Origin: a virus | Taxonomy: Duplodnaviria; Caudoviricetes | DNA length: 51,424 bases | Virus record (IMG/VR): IMGVR_UViG_3300044878_000243 | Span: 1 to 51,424 of that record | Strand: one strand, 5' to 3' | In this document: positions 47,884-51,424 of the stretch, piece by piece | How the letters are laid out: the number at the start of each line of letters is the position of its first letter | Numbering within the stretch: the first letter of the stretch is position 1 | The notes under the pieces: model-generated | Databases searched by the model: none | Seen by the model: the letters and a program-made list of their open reading frames with translations, nothing else | What the model was told of the DNA's origin: nothing | Translations under genes and position numbers: made by a program

Positions 47884-48113
47884 GAGGATTACCTGATTTC
47901 ACTCCGAGGTCTGTGTCGCCTCTTCATGTTTCTAATATCTCATATTACAAACTGGAACGCAACACTTATTTTCAAATATTTCATAATCTTTTTTATTCAG
48001 AAATAGTGTTAGAAAAATATCAGAAAAAATGTGAAATTAATGTATCACAGGTGATATCTCCATAGGCACACTGGAATTAGTTCACATCGACTAAAATTAT
48101 AATAAGGAGTCGA

Positions 48114-48431
48114 ATGATGTCCAGAGACCTCTACAAACTCAAAGAGGCACAAACTACGGAAATTGGAGATGTCACGGTCGACCAGATTACCGAGTGGGCT
48201 CGCGCCCGTGCGGAGTTCCTTTACGAGAGGATAAAGAGGTCTCCAACACTTGGCAAAACCCGATCCATGGACACTCGGGAGTTGCATATCATCAGCAATG
48301 CCCTGGAGGGCGTAAGTCAGCTAGCAATGGCCGCCAAGCTCGACAGTCCCGCCATCCTGGACAGCCTCGAGCGCCTGCGCGCTACGCTCATCGAAAAATC
48401 CAGCGCCTACCAGACACCTGAGATAAGATAA
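48114..48431 (+). CDS. Hypothetical protein
   Basis: TAAGGAG RBS; bidirectional terminator at 48497-48521. Confidence 0.75.
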   Translation: MMSRDLYKLKEAQTTEIGDVTVDQITEWARARAEFLYERIKRSPTLGKTRSMDTRELHIISNALEGVSQLAMAAKLDSPAILDSLERLRATLIEKSSAYQTPEIR

Positions 48432-48538
48432 AAACAAAGGACGGGGGCTTTAGAGGGCTGGACTGCCACAAAAGGATCTGAGCCCCCACAAACAAGAAGC
48501 CCCTGCATGCAGGGGCTTTTGTCTACAAACGCTCTGTC

Positions 48539-48883
48539 TCAAGGCTTGAGATGGGCGTAATCCAGGTATTCGTGAGTCACGAAGTGATCAGGAAGTAACT
48601 CGGCCAGGTCGCTGAAGGACACGATGACGTTGTTGTCGATGACCAGGGCGCCAACAAAGCGGACGTTGAGGCTTACTGATGGCATTACCCTGAGCGACCT
48701 CGCCTTCTCTTCGTTTAGTTTGTAGTGCTGGTGAGAGATGATAGTTACACCATCTTTCTCAGATGTAATAGTCGAGGTGCCGAACTTTACATCACCATCA
48801 ATCCTGATAGTTTCGTATTCCTGACTCTGTGCCCAAGTCTCGGCGAGCATTGCTTTGAATTCGTTGATGTCGAGGAGTTTCAT
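48539..48883 (-). CDS. Hypothetical protein (paralog family A)
   Basis: MKLLDINEFKAML..W vs MKTFTIESFKIMV..W. Confidence 0.7.
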   Translation of the reverse strand: MKLLDINEFKAMLAETWAQSQEYETIRIDGDVKFGTSTITSEKDGVTIISHQHYKLNEEKARSLRVMPSVSLNVRFVGALVIDNNVIVSFSDLAELLPDHFVTHEYLDYAHLKP

Positions 48884-49068
48884 TGCTTTGTTCCTTTTCT
48901 TATTAGATCGCATAAGACCATAGTGTCAGAGTGTAATATGGAGAGTCAATACATTGATAATAAATATTTAAATTATTTTCATGTATTGTCAGAGTAGATC
49001 GTTATCTACTTTGGATTTGCCCTTGAATACAAAAGGCCCCTGACGGGGCCTCCTGGAATTGCTGGTGA

Positions 49069-49866
49069 TTAGTGGAGCAATGCGCGCTTGCGATCATACC
49101 TGCACTGAAAGCACGGGCATGGAGAAGAGTCGCCCTCCTCGGCCTTTTTGAGATGCATTCGATGTTCGTGGAATCCAAGCCGCTGGCTTAGGACGAGTTC
49201 ATTGCCGTCTTCGGAGGCAAAGAAGTCTGTCATAATGGAGATGAATCCTTCACCTGGGATTTTTCTGTTTTCCTCATGTGCCCGCTTATGCTCAGCCATG
49301 CGCGCCTGCAACGAGTCGGTCACCGACTTCATGATCTCCTCGTACCTGCGCTCGATCTTGTCTTTTATGACTTCAGATTTCATCCGATTGTAAGCGTCGC
49401 GTGCGGCCCTGGACGTAAATCGGCCATCCCTGCCAATCCGCAGAATGCGTTCCTGCGGGTACTTATTCAGATAGTCGACAGCATCGGCAAAGCTCGTTGG
49501 AATGCCGGTTGCGCTGTTGAAGTCAAAATAGGTGATGCCGTCGATCTCAGCGATTTCAAGGCGGAGCATGTTGCGTGGGTCATTGCTCGTTAATACATCA
49601 CCAAGGCGCTTATTGGCCAGGTCGTAGCCCTGCTCATCTTCAACGACAATCTTGGAGATCAATCCGCCGATGAAAGCGTCAGTGAAATCTTCCGAGGCAA
49701 AGAAAATATCCCCGTCGTCGTTGACGAAGCGAATGGTCTTGGCCTCTATGACCTTGTTGGTGTAGAAGCTCTTCCAGAGACCCTGGGCTACCTCGTTAAC
49801 CGTTTCAAGCATGGAGCGCCGCAGGAAGCGATTTACACGGTTTGGCTTGTGACGTGAATAGGACAT
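49069..49866 (-). CDS. Hypothetical protein (paralog family B) with terminal CxCxxC
   Basis: AFIGGL..GITYFDF..FADAVDYL..GRF. Confidence 0.75.
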   Translation of the reverse strand: MSYSRHKPNRVNRFLRRSMLETVNEVAQGLWKSFYTNKVIEAKTIRFVNDDGDIFFASEDFTDAFIGGLISKIVVEDEQGYDLANKRLGDVLTSNDPRNMLRLEIAEIDGITYFDFNSATGIPTSFADAVDYLNKYPQERILRIGRDGRFTSRAARDAYNRMKSEVIKDKIERRYEEIMKSVTDSLQARMAEHKRAHEENRKIPGEGFISIMTDFFASEDGNELVLSQRLGFHEHRMHLKKAEEGDSSPCPCFQCRYDRKRALLH

Positions 49867-49881
49867 CAGATGTACTCGAGA

Positions 49882-50406
49882 TTATGAAAAGAGGGCTGAG
49901 CGACATTCCGGGCAATGGCAGCGGCTGTCCACTTCAGGGTCGGCAGGCTTTGTGTATCGACCTGGTGCGAAGCGCCCCCTGTCGTCCATGACCCAAATCA
50001 TGTCTTCCGGGAACGCTTTAAGGTAATTGACTGCATCGCAGAAATTGAGCTTCACGCCGCCATCCCGCTTGAAGTCAAAATAGGTCTCATCGCCGACCTG
50101 GACAATATTGAGGCCCATCATGTCTCGCCGGTCGTTTGTCATCCAGGCGTGGATGAGTGACTTGCTACCGAAATCACTTCCAGACTTTGACGCCTCATAA
50201 AGCTTGTGCAGCAGGCCATAGATGAAGGCCCTGGTGAAGCTCTGGCAGCCGTTGAAGTCAGTGTCCGATGGGATCTCGGGAGGCTCAGACTTGTCATTGC
50301 GATACTTGCTCACGAGCCCTTCGGCGGTCTCGGAGACGGTGAGGCCCTCGCGTAAGGCCCTCATGAGGAATCGGTTGATGCTTGTTGCTTTGGGGCTGGA
50401 AAACAT
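49882..50406 (-). CDS. Hypothetical protein (paralog family B) with terminal CxCxxC
   Basis: AFIYGL..ETYFDF..FCDAVNYL..GRF. Confidence 0.75.
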   Translation of the reverse strand: MFSSPKATSINRFLMRALREGLTVSETAEGLVSKYRNDKSEPPEIPSDTDFNGCQSFTRAFIYGLLHKLYEASKSGSDFGSKSLIHAWMTNDRRDMMGLNIVQVGDETYFDFKRDGGVKLNFCDAVNYLKAFPEDMIWVMDDRGRFAPGRYTKPADPEVDSRCHCPECRSALFS

Positions 50407-50507
50407 CCTGGGTACTCGATAGGGGTGGATTTGAATTTGAATATATTGACACGTTGCGCCAGGCCGATAAAGACCCCTTTCGGGGCCATTATCCTGCGTT
50501 TTATGGC

Positions 50508-51062
50508 CTAGTGTCCCTGATAGGGCGCATTACGCCACTGCATGATGAATTTCATGCGCTCATCGGCGTCCTTGTAGGTGTCGGCCTCTTGATACATGCA
50601 GGATGTGAACTCACCGTCGAGCATTTGATAGATGAGATAGTCGTCGTCGATGTCGTACTCAGCGAGGTCTTGGAAATCCACAAAATGACCAATCTCACGG
50701 CTGACATCGAAGTCGTAGTACATCACGCCATCAAGCATGGCTCGCTGCATGGATAGCTTGTCGCGGTCATCAATCGTGGTGTAGACGCTTCGGAGCTTCA
50801 CAAATGCAAATTCGTATGCGTGCCTCTCGGCTTCCCGCATATGACCGTTAAGGCCGCACAGAAAGGCGTAGATGATGTCATCGTGAGAAGTGACTTGGTG
50901 CCCACATTCGTCAACAAAAACCACAGTCTTGGTCTGGATAACCTGACCGCGCTGGAACCTGTCAAGTATGCCCTTCCAGGTCTCAAAGACCGTTTTGTCA
51001 GCAGCCAATGCCTCTTTAATTGCGTCCCGTAACTGTTTCAGGCGCTCTTCTTGGTTGATCAT
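50508..51062 (-). CDS. Hypothetical protein (paralog family B)
   Basis: KTVVFVDECG, AFLCGL, DGVMYYDF; GAGGT RBS. Confidence 0.75.
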   Translation of the reverse strand: MINQEERLKQLRDAIKEALAADKTVFETWKGILDRFQRGQVIQTKTVVFVDECGHQVTSHDDIIYAFLCGLNGHMREAERHAYEFAFVKLRSVYTTIDDRDKLSMQRAMLDGVMYYDFDVSREIGHFVDFQDLAEYDIDDDYLIYQMLDGEFTSCMYQEADTYKDADERMKFIMQWRNAPYQGH

Positions 51063-51223
51063 CTCTATTTACCTCAGGTTAGCGATGCAACGCATCAATA
51101 CAGACATATTGCCAATGAGTAATATTGTGGTCAATAGTGCTCGATGAAATATTTTCAAGTGCCCGTAATTATTGAGCCAACTCGCATAGGATAATGATTC
51201 GAGAGGAATACTTGATAACAAAC

Positions 51224-51245
51224 AAAAAGCCCCTTTCGGGGCTTG
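51224..51245 (-). terminator. Terminator downstream of the relaxase, across the circular junction
   Basis: AAGCCCC-tttc-GGGGCTT with a U-tract on the minus strand. Confidence 0.75.
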
Positions 51246-51254
51246 GTGTTGAGC

Positions 51255-51424
51255 TTTGAATCAGAGTTCAAGCTTGAGAGGCTGGAATGGCTTCCTTGGC
51301 TCGATAACGCCTTCATCGGCGAGTACATCCATTTGTTTCGACAGCGCCACCATCTTTTCAATCATGAACTCTGAGTAACCTGGGACAACCTTAGCAACGA
51401 TATCCTCAGCAGGTTGGTCAGGAT
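51255..51424. repeat. Terminal overlap (copy 2)
   Basis: Matches 1-170. Confidence 0.95.

Noticed and set aside
51155-51361. 68 aa minus-strand ORF
   Set aside because: Alternate frame of the duplicated relaxase end, reading through its terminator

Overview
The window is very probably one complete circular replicon of about 51,254 bp: bases 1-170 recur at 51255-51424 with one synonymous mismatch. It reads as a temperate, short-tailed phage-plasmid, probably of a Pseudomonas-like gammaproteobacterium (host is inferred from protein styles only). Modules: (1) a MOBP-type relaxase, MobC and a predicted oriT; (2) a plasmid-like leading/maintenance region with a structured non-coding tract, a possible AcrVA2/FinQ-like gene, type Ib ParA plus an RHH partner, heptamer arrays and SSB; (3) a lambdoid cro - O-like rep with iterons - nin-like genes - Q early operon; (4) a 29 kb late operon on the opposite strand covering lysis, terminases, portal, capsid, two tail fibres, an adhesin, ejection proteins and a giant polyvalent protein; (5) an accessory island of small paralogous genes plus a DHFR. 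I recognise no integrase, resolvase, CI repressor, protelomerase or T4SS. The most notable unexplained signals are a phage with its own relaxase/oriT, an asymmetric motif AGGTTGGHCAG found by eye at 11 dispersed sites (about 0.07 expected), a predicted antisense RNA over the rep start, and a dif-like site. All calls come from reading the sequence and from remembered family motifs; no searches were run.
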